Source of the DNA: an uncultured Armatimonadia bacterium
Lineage (GTDB): Bacteria > Armatimonadota > Zipacnadia > CAVVLO01
DNA: 64,000 bases
NCBI GenBank assembly: GCA_963749155.1
Contig: CAVVLO010000001.1
Location: forward strand, 416,001-480,000
Direction of reading: 5' to 3'
Of the stretch, positions 53,494 through 64,000 are shown piece after piece. A model generated the notes under the pieces. The model did no database searches, was not told the DNA's origin, and was given only the letters and a program-made list of their open reading frames with translations. Position numbers and translations under genes: made by a program. Every line of letters begins with the position of its first letter. Position 1 is the first letter of the stretch.

Positions 53494-53757
53494 GAAGGCT
53501 ATGACGGAGCAAAGTAAGTCCTGACCAGGGCCGCCAGAGAGGGGAATCACTGGCTGAGAGTTCCCCAGGTACCGCTGGACTGAAGTTCTCTCCCGAGCCG
53601 CAAGCTGAACCGCCGCCAGCCCCCGCTGGTCGCCCACTAGGCCGAGCCGGTCGCGCGCCGTTATCGCGCCAGAGAGCCGTCACCCACCGGTGACGGAAGC
53701 AAGCTGGTACCGCGTACCGATCCCGTCTGCGCGCTTGCGCGGCGGGATTTTTTGTTT
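53494..53757 (+). promoter_or_regulatory. Phe-specific T-box riboswitch
   Basis: AGTA (53513), AGAGA, GCTGAG, specifier GAAG-TTC (53586-53588), CCGTTA, T-box AAGCTGGTACCGCG (53701-53714), terminator ATCCCG..CGGGATTTTTT. Confidence 0.9.
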
Positions 53758-53772
53758 GCTGGAGGTTGCCTT

Positions 53773-54819
53773 ATGCTCGATAAACTCACGCAGCTCGAAG
53801 CCGAAGCTCGCCAGGCGCTCGCGGCCGTAGATTCCCAGGCCGCAGTTGACGCCTTCAAGAACGAGTTCACAGGCCGCAATGGAGCGCTCACCGCCCTGCT
53901 CAAAGGCGTTCGCGATGTGCCCGCCGACCAGCGCGCCGCTTTCGGCCAGGCCGCCAACAAGCTCAAGAACGAGCTGGAGGCTGCTCTTGCCGAGAAGGCC
54001 GAGCACCTCAAGCAGGCTCGCGTCGCCGCGCCCACCAGCAAAGCCAAAGGCGCTTCTTCTCTCTTGCCCGCTACGCCCGATGTGACACTGCCGGGCCGCT
54101 CGCGCAGGATGGGCCATGTCCATCCGCTTACCCAGGTGATGGAGGAGTTCCTCGACCTGTTCGTGCGCCTTGGCTACGAGGTCGTCGAGGGCCCAATCGT
54201 CGAGGATTATCGTTACAACTTCGACCTGCTCAACTATGAGGACGGCCACCCCGCTCTCGATGAGCAGGAGTCCTTCTACCTGGGCCCGCGCTGCCTGCTG
54301 CGCACCCAGACTTCGGCCGTCCAGCCGCGCGCGATGCTCGCCAAAGAGCCTCCGATGCGCGTCGTGTCGCCAGGCCGGGTGCATCGCCGCGATGCCGTGG
54401 ATGCCACCCATTCGCACACCTTCCACCAACTCGAAGGGTTTGTGATAGACCGCGGCATCACCTTTAGCGACCTGAAGGGCACGCTGCTCACCTTCGTCCG
54501 GGAGATTTTCGGGCCTGAGACCAAGCTGCGCTTCCGGCCTGACTTCTTCCCCTTCACCGAGCCAAGCGCCGAGGGCGCGATGACCTGTATGCTCTGCAAG
54601 GGCTCCGGCTGCCGCGTCTGTGGGGGCAGCGGCTGGATTGAGGTCTTCGGCGCGGGGATGATCGACCCGAACGTCCTGACCGGCTGCGGGATAGACCCTG
54701 AAGAATGGTCCGGCTTCGCCTTCGGTTTTGGCGTAGACCGTTTCACGATGCTGCGCTATGGCATTGAAGACATCCGCCTGCTCTTCTCGGGCGACGTCCG
54801 CTTCCTCGAGCAGTTCTAG
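53773..54819 (+). CDS. pheS: Phenylalanine--tRNA ligase alpha subunit
   Basis: LLRTQTS, DATH..FHQLEG, FPFTEPS, GFAFGFGVDR. Confidence 0.97.
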   Translation: MLDKLTQLEAEARQALAAVDSQAAVDAFKNEFTGRNGALTALLKGVRDVPADQRAAFGQAANKLKNELEAALAEKAEHLKQARVAAPTSKAKGASSLLPATPDVTLPGRSRRMGHVHPLTQVMEEFLDLFVRLGYEVVEGPIVEDYRYNFDLLNYEDGHPALDEQESFYLGPRCLLRTQTSAVQPRAMLAKEPPMRVVSPGRVHRRDAVDATHSHTFHQLEGFVIDRGITFSDLKGTLLTFVREIFGPETKLRFRPDFFPFTEPSAEGAMTCMLCKGSGCRVCGGSGWIEVFGAGMIDPNVLTGCGIDPEEWSGFAFGFGVDRFTMLRYGIEDIRLLFSGDVRFLEQF

Positions 54820-54834
54820 GGAGGACTTACAATT

Positions 54835-56906
54835 ATGAAAATGCCACTTTCCTGGCTTGCTGATTATGTCGAACTACCGGCCGATACCAAATCGTTCGCC
54901 CATCAACTCACGATGAGCGGCCTCGAGGTCGAGGCGCTAGTGAGGAAGTCACGACCCCTGCGGGGCCTGAGACCGTCTTCGAGACCTCGCCGACCTCCAA
55001 CAGGGGCGATCTCCTCTCCCTCGTCGGCGCCTCCCGGCTGGTCCACGCGGTCACCGGCGGCGCCCTCAAGCCAATTGATGTCGCCTTCACCGAAGGTCAG
55101 GCGCCCGCCAGCTACTATGCGCGGGTCACAGTGGAGGATACCGAAGGTTGCCCGCGTTACACCGCCCGGGTAATCACTGATGTCAAGGTCGCGCCCAGCC
55201 CGCAGTGGCTCCAGAATCGCCTTATCGCCGCCGGCGTGCGTCCAATCAACAACGTGGTGGATGTCACCAACTATGTGATGCTCGAACTCGGTCAGCCGCT
55301 TCACGCCTTCGATCTCGACACCCTGGCTGACCACCATATTATCGTCCGGCGCGCCCGCTCTGGCGAACAGCTCGAGACGCTTGACGGCCTTGTGCGCAAC
55401 CTTACCGAAGACCATCTCGTCATCGCCGATGCCCAGCGTCCTGTAGCCCTCGCGGGGATTATGGGTGGCGAGGATACGGGCGTCACCCAGGCCACCACCA
55501 CTGTCCTTATCGAGTCGGCGCATTTCAAGCCCCAGCTCAATCGCGCCACCGCGAAGGCCTTCAGCCTGTCCAGCGAATCCACTTACCGCTTCCAGCGCTA
55601 TGTGGATGTGAACAACACCTTGCGCGCCTGTGACCGGGCCATCCAGCTCATCCAGCAACTTGGAGGCGGGACGATTGCCGCAGGCCCAATCGACATCTAC
55701 CCCATGGTGAGGCAGCCCGTCCGCCTTAGCCTGCGCCCCGAACGCGCCGATGCAATCCTTGGCCAGCATGTCCCCGCCGAGCGCCAGGTCACTATCTTGC
55801 GTTCGCTCGGTCTTGACGCTGCCCTGTCCGATGGCCTTATCAACGCCACCGTGCCGACTTTCAGGCCTGACCTGACTCGCGAGATAGACCTGGTGGAAGA
55901 AGTCGCCTGTGTCTGGGGCTATGACAACCTTGAGGGCACTCTCCCCGCCATCGGAGGCCTCCTCGGGCGCCTGGGCGAGAAGCACGCCTTCTTCAACCAG
56001 GCCCGCAACTGGCTCGTCGGCGCTGGCCTTGCCGAGATGAAGACCTTCAGCCTGCTCTCTCCCAAAGAAGTGGACGCTGTCGGCTGGCTCGCGGGCCATG
56101 AGGCGCCCGCTCCCGTCACCAACGCGATGAGCGAGGAGTATTCCGTCCTGCGTCCGACTCTCTTGCCTTGCCTGCTGCGCGAGGTCGCCTACAACCTTAA
56201 CCGCCAGCAGACCAGTGTCGCCCTGTGCGAGCTCGATCCGGTCTTCCTGCCCTCTGACGGTGCTTTCCCAACCGAAGAGTTTCATGCTGGGCTCGTCCTG
56301 ACAGGCCGCAATTACACCTCCGAGTGGAACCTGGGCGCTTTCGGCGCCGCCGACTTGTACGAGCTGAAAGGCCTGGTGGAGGAACTCGCTGCCCGCCTTG
56401 GCCTGCTGGAAGTCACCTTCGAGGCCGCCGAGTTGCCCTTCGCCGTCCCTGGCGCCGGCGCTCGCGTCCTGGCCTCAGGCCAGCCGCTTGGGTACCTGGC
56501 CCAGGTGAACGGCGCCACGCTCGGTTTCTGGGATATCGAGCAGCCCGTCTATGTCGCAGAACTCAACCTTGAGGCCGCCTGGGAGCTGCGCGCAGTGGAG
56601 AAGCCCTACAAGCGTCCCCCTGCCTTCCCGAAATCTGAGCGTGATCTGGCCCTGATCGCTCCAACTTCCGTGCCGGTTGGGGCCTTGCTTTCCACTGCAA
56701 ATTCCGCCGGTGGGGAACTCCTCGAGACCTCTGGGGTGTTCGATGTATTCGAGGGGGCTTCCCTGGGTGAGGACAAGCGCAGTGTCGCTTTGCGTCTCGT
56801 TTTCAGGCATCCTGAACGTACGCTCACCGATGAGGAAGTGAACGAGGCGGTCGCCGCCATCCTGACCGCACTCCAAAGTGCCTATGGAGTCGCCTTACGC
56901 GGCTGA
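54835..56906 (+). CDS. pheT: Phenylalanine--tRNA ligase beta subunit; frameshift at ~54940
   Basis: LSWLADYV..LTMSGLEVE then NRGDLLS, RPINNVVDVTNYV, RPDLTREIDLVEE, C-terminal FDX-ACB domain. Confidence 0.93.
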
Positions 56907-59196
56907 GTCTTCAACGTCCTTAGCCTGGCCGAGGGGGGGCAAGCCTGACTTGCTCGCCCTTGCCTGGCTGGCCTTGCTTGCGCTTCTCCTGCTGCTGCCC
57001 GCCCTGCTGCCGGGGCGCTGCCTGCTCGCTGGTGATTATGCTCTGCATCTGGAGCCCTGGGCCTCCGAACTGCCTGATTACGCCGCCCAGCCGACGCCCG
57101 GCTTCAACTCGCTCCTTTGGGATTCGATGGCCCAGTATTACCCCTGGCGCGCCTTCGCCCACCGTTCTATTACCGCTGGCACTGTGCCCCTGTGGAATCC
57201 TCACAGCCTGTGCGGAACGCCTTTCCTGGCCAATTTTCAGTCGGCGCTCTTCTACCCGCTCAACCTGCCCTTCTGGCTGTTCGACCCCGCGCAGCGTCTT
57301 CGGCTGGATGGCTCTCTTCCATCTCGTGCTCGCCGGCTTTGGCGCTTATGCGCTGGCCCGGGTGCTTGGCCTCTCGCGTGTGGCCGCCCTTACTGCCGGC
57401 ACGGCCTTCGAGCTGTGCGGTTTCCTCATCACCTGGCTTGAGCTGCCCACCCTCGTCTATGTCGCAAGCTGGTTGCCCTGGGCGCTGCTCTTCGCCTGCC
57501 AGGCCGCGCGCCTTGCGAGTTGGCGTCTGGCCCTTGTCACTGGCTTCATACTGGGAATCCAGGCCCTCGCCGGCCACCCGCAGATATGGCTCTACTCCGC
57601 GCTTGCGGTGGGCGCGGTGCTGGTCTTCGTCCGAGGCAGCCGCCCGCTGCCGCGCCTGGGCTTCCTGGCGCTGGCCTTTGGGCTGGCTGGCCTGCTGGCT
57701 GCCGTCCAACTCCTGCCCGCGATGGAACTCGCCTCCGAGAGCCATCGCACTAGTGGCGCCACTCTCGAACGCTTCGCCGCTTATCGCAGTTTCGCTCTGC
57801 CCCCGCAGAATCTCGTCACTGCCTTCCTGCCCAACTTGTTCGGTCGACCTGACGCCGGCAACTACTGGGGACTTGGCAATCTCGCCGCGCCCTCCCTGGT
57901 CACTGGAATGTATTCGGAATACTGCCTGTTCGCAGGTGTTGCGGTCTTGTTCCTGGCCCTGGTGGGCGTTGTATGCAGTGCTGACAAGCGGGCCAGAATC
58001 CTCGGGATTCTTGCCCTGCTGCTCCTTTTGCTGGCCCTCGGTACCTGGCTCAATGCGCCACTCTTCTTCCTGATTCCGGGGATGGCCTCCTCTGGCGGTC
58101 CCAACCGGATTGTCATACTTTATCTTTTGGTGATGGCCCTGCTTGCGGCTTATGGCGTAGACGCCCTGCGCGCCCGCCGTGTCACTTCCAGGCAGCTCTT
58201 CTGGATCAAGGCGAGTGTCTTCTTCCTCGGTGTGCTGGCGCTTGCCTACACCTACGTCAGGGTCTCGCCACTGGTGCCTGATCCGCTTGCCCTTTGGGTC
58301 GAGACCGACGCCGTGGGCGTTCTCCGGTCGCTGCTGGCTCTCGGCTTCGTCTCGATACTGGCCAACCTTGTTGTAAAGCTCAAACCGCGCTTTGCCGTGC
58401 TCTTCCCGGTGCTTGTTGGCCTCGAGTTGCTCCTCTTTGCCTGGGGCTTCAATCCGACCTGCGACCGCGCCGTCGTGTATCCCAGGTCGGCTTTTGTGGA
58501 AGAACTCCGCGCCGCTGCAGGCCCGAACCGCATCGCCGTGATGAAGCCTGCCTGGCCACTTCACGAGTACCCCAAGGCAACCCTCCCGCCCAATGCCGCG
58601 CTGGCTTACGGCCTGTACGAGATTGGCGGATACGATTCACTGTTACTAAAAGACTATATCCAGGGCCTGGAAGAACTGGCAGGTCGGTCGCCCTTCCCGC
58701 CTACCAATGGCAATATGGCTTTCGCCGTCGGTACTCCTGGCGATCTGGCCCGGCTGGGCGCTGCCTGTTTCGTATTGCCCCTGCCCGAACAGGGCAAGCC
58801 TGTCTTCCTGACCGACGAGATTGCTGCCCCGACGCGTGCTGTGGCAGCCCTTGGCGAAAATCGTTATGCTCCAGTGTTCAGTTATCCCTCGCCCAACCGC
58901 GTGGATATCGAGCTTGCCCAGCCTGCCACAGCCTTGCTGTTCTCGGATACCTGGGAGCGCGGCTGGCGCGCCTGGCTGGTTGCTGAGGGGCAGGCCGAGC
59001 CACTTGAACTCCTCTCCGACTCACTTGCTCGTCGCCAGATTAGTCTGGCAAGTCCTGCCGAGGGCCTGGTGAGAATGGCATATCGTCCCCCTCCTTCCTC
59101 TTTGGCCTATACTGCACTCTGATAGCGCTCTTTATAGCGGCCTTCTCTCTGGGAGGAACGCTCAGGAGGTCTCTTTATGGCAGAACCAGCAGTTAA
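56884..59196 (+). CDS. YfhO-like polytopic membrane glycosyltransferase (GT-C); frameshifts at ~57290 and ~59090
   Basis: PLWNP..CGTPFLAN.QSALFYP, LAGHPQ, AAVQLLP, IGGYD; alternative frame supplies final TM helix SFLFGLYCTLIAL. Confidence 0.75.
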
Positions 59197-61027
59197 GCAG
59201 CTTCCCGCTGTTAATCCGTATCACAATAGCTTCCAGCGGATGGCCCAGTTGCTTCTGTTGCTCGCTTTCGCGTTCGTCCCGCGCTTCTATGGAATGCAGT
59301 GGGGCCTTCCCAATGCGATGCACTTCTTCTCATATCACCCCGATGAGAACGTAAATGCTGGCGTAGTGATGTCTTTGCTTAACGGAGACGCCAATCCGCA
59401 CTTCTTCAACTACCCCTCGCTCCTGTTCTACCTGACAGCGGGCTTGTACAAGCTCTTCGGGGCGCCATGGGCCGCCGCTCAGGGAGGCGAACTGTGGGCT
59501 ATCAACGCCGCTGTCATCCTCTGCGGGCGCGTAGTCGTCGCCTTTGCCGGCATAATGAGCATCCCCTTCGCCTATTTCCTGGCGCGCAAGCACTGGGGAG
59601 AATGGCCTGGTTTCCTGGCCGGCCTTGCGCTCGCTTTCGCTCCGCTCCATATTGTCCAGAGTCACTATTTCACGGTGGATGTACTGGCTGCTTTCTGGCT
59701 AGTTGTCTGTTTGCATTTCGCAAGTCGCATCTGGGCCGACCGCCCTTACCGTATCGAATACCTTATGGCCGGCCTCACCGCAGGCCTGGCCGCCAGTACG
59801 AAATACAATGCCGCCCTCGTCTTCCTGGCCGTGCTGGTCGCGCATTATTTCCTTATAAAGGACAAGGAGAAAGGCAAGCGCTTCTTCGATGGGCGCCTGG
59901 CGCTGGCGTTTGGCTCTTTCATCGCCGCCTTCGCCCTCACCTCGCCCTATGTGCTGCTGGATTTCGGCGCCGCGTGGAAGGACATCAGCTACGAACTCGG
60001 CCATGTCGCCACCGGCCACGGCTTCGTCTTCACCGGGCTTGGCCCAGGCTGGCTGGTGCAGGCCCAGAACCTCTGGGTCGGCCTTGGCCCTGCCGTACTC
60101 GTACTGGGGCTGCTTGGGCTAGTCTGGGCGCTGGTGAAGAAGGACCGGGGCGCGCTCATAATCTGGGCCTTCCTGCTGCCGGCTTTCCTCCTCATCGCCG
60201 GGGGCAAAGTCCACTTCGCCCGGTACGCTCTGCCTTTGCTGCCCTGCCTGGTCTGCGGCCTGGCCGTGCCCATCGCGCTGGCGAAAGCTAAATCCGCCAA
60301 GACGCTCTGGACGCTGCTCGTACTTGCCTCAATTGCCTTCTCGCTGGTGCTCGCCTGGCCACTGGTGCAGATTGTCTCGCGCAGCGATATCCGCGATGAG
60401 TCAATGCACACCATAGACCACAAGACGCCTCTTTACGCGAAGGTGGGCCTGGTGGAAGAACCCTGGTTTTACTCGCCCCCTATCGCTCGCTATAACGCCG
60501 GACCGCTGACCAGGAAGCTCTTCTGGGAGCATCCCCCGAACACCTATGAGCTCTACATAACCGGTCGCGATGCGAAGAAGCTGGCTGAGGTATATCCCAA
60601 CTACTTCATCACGACCGACTTCGAACTGGACGATGGCGTCCGCGCCCAGGATCCTGCCACCGTCGCCTTCGTAGCCGAACTTAACAAGCTATACGAGAAG
60701 GTCGCCACCTTCACCCGGGACTATGGCCCCATCGAACGCGTCGGCCGGGTGCCGCACGATATGCGTTACATCGCCCCGCGGATAGACATCTGGATGTCTT
60801 ACAAGCTGAGCAAAGAACTGGATGCCGAGGAGAAGGCCGAGGCCGCCAAGGAAGCCAAGAAGCCGAAGGTGCCTGCCGCCAAGGAAGCCAAGCCTGCTCA
60901 TCATCATCACGACCCTTATGCGATCAAGCGCAACTGGTTCGAGAAATTGCTTGGCCTGGGCGATCCCGTCGCTGACGAGATTGAAGCTGAAGCAAACCAC
61001 GAACACGAGGGAGAAGCGCCTCACTAG
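59177..61027 (+). CDS. ArnT/PMT-like (GT-C) membrane glycosyltransferase
   Basis: HPDE, NPHFFNYPSL, SHYFTVD, GLAASTKY, RYALP. Confidence 0.85.
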   Translation: MAEPAVKQLPAVNPYHNSFQRMAQLLLLLAFAFVPRFYGMQWGLPNAMHFFSYHPDENVNAGVVMSLLNGDANPHFFNYPSLLFYLTAGLYKLFGAPWAAAQGGELWAINAAVILCGRVVVAFAGIMSIPFAYFLARKHWGEWPGFLAGLALAFAPLHIVQSHYFTVDVLAAFWLVVCLHFASRIWADRPYRIEYLMAGLTAGLAASTKYNAALVFLAVLVAHYFLIKDKEKGKRFFDGRLALAFGSFIAAFALTSPYVLLDFGAAWKDISYELGHVATGHGFVFTGLGPGWLVQAQNLWVGLGPAVLVLGLLGLVWALVKKDRGALIIWAFLLPAFLLIAGGKVHFARYALPLLPCLVCGLAVPIALAKAKSAKTLWTLLVLASIAFSLVLAWPLVQIVSRSDIRDESMHTIDHKTPLYAKVGLVEEPWFYSPPIARYNAGPLTRKLFWEHPPNTYELYITGRDAKKLAEVYPNYFITTDFELDDGVRAQDPATVAFVAELNKLYEKVATFTRDYGPIERVGRVPHDMRYIAPRIDIWMSYKLSKELDAEEKAEAAKEAKKPKVPAAKEAKPAHHHHDPYAIKRNWFEKLLGLGDPVADEIEAEANHEHEGEAPH

Positions 61028-61168
61028 ACAAGTCACGCAACTTTTTTTGTAAAAAAACTGCCCGGCCTCTGGATTTTACTCGGCGAGTTCGTTATCATCG
61101 GGTTTATCCAGAGGCCGTTTGCTTCTGGCACGAAGCAAATCAAGCTACCTATAGGAGGTGCAGTCTCG

Positions 61169-61318
61169 ATGCTCAAGCCGCGCGCCCAACTCGGCCAGGC
61201 TCTGACACGTGGACTCAGCTCCTCCGGGTTTGCTCCCACCTGCTACGCCCACCGTTTCACCCACCAGGCCCGTTGGGCCTCAGTCGTTGTTGGCTGCTCA
61301 GCGCCCGCTGGCCTCTAG
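61169..61318 (+). CDS. Possible 49-aa small ORF / leader peptide
   Basis: AGGAGGTG 8 nt before ATG; MLKPRAQLGQALTRGLSSSGFAPTCYAHRFTHQARWASVVVGCSAPAGL*. Confidence 0.35.
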   Translation: MLKPRAQLGQALTRGLSSSGFAPTCYAHRFTHQARWASVVVGCSAPAGL

Positions 61319-61448
61319 TGGCGGCAAGCCAGACTTAGACTTACCACCCGCCCAGAGGACCAGCGCCCGCCGAACTTTTTCCGTTCGACTGGATTTTCTG
61401 GCCCATTGCCCTATCGAAACCAATTACCTTTAGAGGAAGGGAAACCTG

Positions 61449-62594
61449 ATGAAAGAGAAGCTCCTTATGATTCCTGGTCCGACCATTACCCCCCCCGAGG
61501 TCGCGGCAGCGCTTGCCAAGCCTCCTCTTGGCCATCGCAGCAAAGAGTTTGCAAAGCTTTTCACCGCCACCGAGAAGCAGCTTCGGGACATCTTCCAGAC
61601 CGAAAACGAAGTGCTTATCTACACCAGCAGCGGTACCGGCGCGATGGAAGCTGCCGTTGTCAACCTGCTCAATCCTGGCGACAAAGCCATCAACGTCAGC
61701 ATCGGCGTGTTCGGCGACCGGTTCGCCAAAATTCTCAAACAGTTCGGCGCCGAAGTAGTCGAGGTAAAATTCCCCGAAGGCGCCGCCGCCGATGTCGAAG
61801 TCGTAAAGGCCGCAATCGCCGCCAATCCCGATGCCAAAGCCCTCTACGTCACCTTCAACGAGACAAGCACCGGTGTAGTAAATGACCTCACCGAGATTGT
61901 CCCCGCAGCCAAAGCGGCCGGCCTGCTGGTCGTCGTGGACGCCATCAGCGGTCTGGTGGCGATGGATTTGCCCGCCGACAAGCTGGGGATTGACGTGGTC
62001 GTGGCCGGCTCCCAGAAAGCTTTCGGCATCCCACCAGGGCTTGCGTTCTGTACCGTCAGCGACGCTGCCTGGAAAGCCTATGAAGGCGCAAAGATGCCCA
62101 AGTTCTACTGGGACTTCGGCGCGATGAGAAAGGCCCAGGCCGAAGGTTCCACCGCCTGGACGCCCAGCGTCTCGCTGGTTTTTGGGCTCGAGGCTGCCGT
62201 CCAGTTGATAATCGACGAAGGCTTGCCTGCCTGTTTCGCTCGCCACCAGCAGAACGCCGATATGGTGCGCGCCGCGATGAAGGCCGTGGGCTTCGAGCTG
62301 TTCGCCGCCGAGGCCAATGCCTCCAACGCCATCACCAGCATCAAGGCCCCCGAGGCTTTCGGCGAGAACGAGCTGCGCGGCATCGTGAACAAGAAATTCG
62401 ACATCGTCACAACTGGTGGTCAGGCTGGCCTGAAGGGCAAGATCTTCCGCATCGGCCACCTGGGCTTCTGCTACCCGCGCGACATAATGGCCACCATCGC
62501 GGCTTTCGAATATGCGCTCTACGAACTCAACTGGGATTTCGACCTTGGCGCTGGCGTAGCCGCCGCCATTAAAGCAATGAAAGGGGCTGACTAA
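61449..62594 (+). CDS. Class V PLP aminotransferase (serine-pyruvate/alanine-glyoxylate type, possibly acting as SerC)
   Basis: MIPGPT, SGTGAMEAA, NETSTGV, VDAIS, GSQK, FRIGHLG; adjacent to serA. Confidence 0.9.
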   Translation: MKEKLLMIPGPTITPPEVAAALAKPPLGHRSKEFAKLFTATEKQLRDIFQTENEVLIYTSSGTGAMEAAVVNLLNPGDKAINVSIGVFGDRFAKILKQFGAEVVEVKFPEGAAADVEVVKAAIAANPDAKALYVTFNETSTGVVNDLTEIVPAAKAAGLLVVVDAISGLVAMDLPADKLGIDVVVAGSQKAFGIPPGLAFCTVSDAAWKAYEGAKMPKFYWDFGAMRKAQAEGSTAWTPSVSLVFGLEAAVQLIIDEGLPACFARHQQNADMVRAAMKAVGFELFAAEANASNAITSIKAPEAFGENELRGIVNKKFDIVTTGGQAGLKGKIFRIGHLGFCYPRDIMATIAAFEYALYELNWDFDLGAGVAAAIKAMKGAD

Positions 62595-62596
62595 AA

Positions 62597-64000
62597 ATGA
62601 AAGTCCTTGTAGCCGATCCACTGGATGCGGCAGGGGTAGAACTGCTCGAGCAGGCTGCCCAGGTCGATGTGAAACCTGGTCTTTCCGAAGCCGAACTCGT
62701 CGAGATTATCGGCGAATATGACGGCCTTATCGTGCGCAGTGGCGTAAAAGTCACCCGCCCCATTATCGAGGCCGCCGACAACCTGAAGATTATCGGCCGG
62801 GCGGGCGTGGGCGTAGACAACATAGATGTCCCGGCCGCGACCGAGAAAGGCATTATCGTGGTCAACTCGCCAGCCGGCAACACCATCGCGGCGACCGAGC
62901 ACAGCTTCGCGCTCATCCTCGCGATGGCGCGTAAAATCCCGATGGCCTATATGTCCATGAAAGAAGGCAAATGGGAGCGCGGCAAGTTCAAAGGCGTCGA
63001 GCTTTACAAGAAGACCCTTGGCCTGGTGGGGCTTGGCGCGTATCGGTATGGGTATGGCCAGGCGCGCGCAGGAGTTCGTTATGAAGGTCGTCGCCTACGA
63101 TCCCTATGTAGACGCTGACTATGCGGCAGAAGCCGGCATCGAACTCGTGGATACCCCCGAGGAGCTTTTCGAGAAGTCGGATTTCATCAGCCTGCATGCT
63201 CCAGCCACCGACAAGACCAAAGGGATGGTCAACACCGCGCTGCTTTCTCATGCCAGGCCCAACCTCAGGCTCGTGAACTGTGCTCGAGGCGCGCTGGTAG
63301 ACCTGGACGATCTGAACCAGGCGCTGGAGGAAGGCAAGCTGGCCGCCGCTGCGCTGGATGTCTATCCAGGCGAGCCGCCGGACTTCAACCATCCGATTTT
63401 CGCCTCTGACAAAGTAATCGTGACGCCTCATCTGGGCGCTTCCACCGAAGAGGCCCAGCTCAATGTAGCGCTCGATGTCTGCCAGCAGACAGTGGATGTC
63501 TTCAAGGGATTGCCCGCTACCTCGGCGGTCAATCTGCCTGCGGTAGATCCCCAGGTATTGGCCTTCGCGAGGCCCTATCTGCTGCTTGCCGAGAAGATGG
63601 GCCGGATGGCCGCGGCGCTTGCCAACTGCCGCATCAACCGGGTCGAGGTGGCCTGCACGGCGGAACTTGCCGATCAGGCGATGACCATCGTCTCGCGCAG
63701 CTTCATCAAGGGACTGCTCGAGCCTATCCTCACGACCAGCGTTAATTTCGTGAACGCGCCAACCGTAGCCCGGGCAAGAGGGATTGAGGTCGACGAGAAG
63801 AAGGTTGCCGAGTCGATAGATTATCCCGACGAGATACGCGCCCTGGTCCAAGGCGAAGACGGCTGCGATGTGACCTTACTCGGTACCGTCTTTGGCGCCG
63901 ACGACCCGCGCATCGTGGCCATCAACAACCTGCGCGTGGATGTTATTCCCGAAGGCTACAAGCTGCTGCTGCCACACGAGGACAGGCCTGGGATGATTGG
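62597..64000 (+). CDS. serA: D-3-phosphoglycerate dehydrogenase, partial; frameshift at ~63037
   Basis: GRAGVGVDNID, GVELYKKTLG; shifted frame RIG..AYDPY, TPHLGASTEEAQ, ACT domain start HEDRPGMI at the window end. Confidence 0.93.

Noticed and set aside
61124..61141. Sigma54 promoter upstream of the small ORF
   Set aside because: TGGCAC is present but the -12 TTGC element is missing

Overview
GC-rich bacterial chromosome segment. The mix of secreted glycan enzymes, a beta-barrel-like protein and a T-box suggests a diderm Terrabacteria lineage such as Armatimonadota (inference only). Scattered single-base frameshifts, including in pheT and serA, point to long-read indel errors. From 1 to 19 kb: hydrolases, two REP-associated tyrosine transposases (RAYTs), each with its own REP hairpin family, three mosaic REP tandem arrays, and three copies of a ~130-bp module carrying a sigma54-type motif and a G-quadruplex motif. 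From 19 to 23.4 kb: nucleoside hydrolase / class II aldolase / RuBisCO-like protein / PfkB kinase locus. From 23 to 47 kb: glycoside hydrolases, NagB-like protein, MNT-HEPN toxin-antitoxin pair, Fic, cysD-cysNC and a sulfotransferase. From 47 to 50 kb: tmRNA, an orphan phage-tail-like pair (tape-measure-like gene and tail-chaperone-like gene with a G GGA AAC -1 slippery site) and tRNA-Val. From 50 to 64 kb: thrS, infC-rpmI-rplT, T-box pheST, two membrane glycosyltransferases, a class V aminotransferase and partial serA. No CRISPR array or rRNA was seen.
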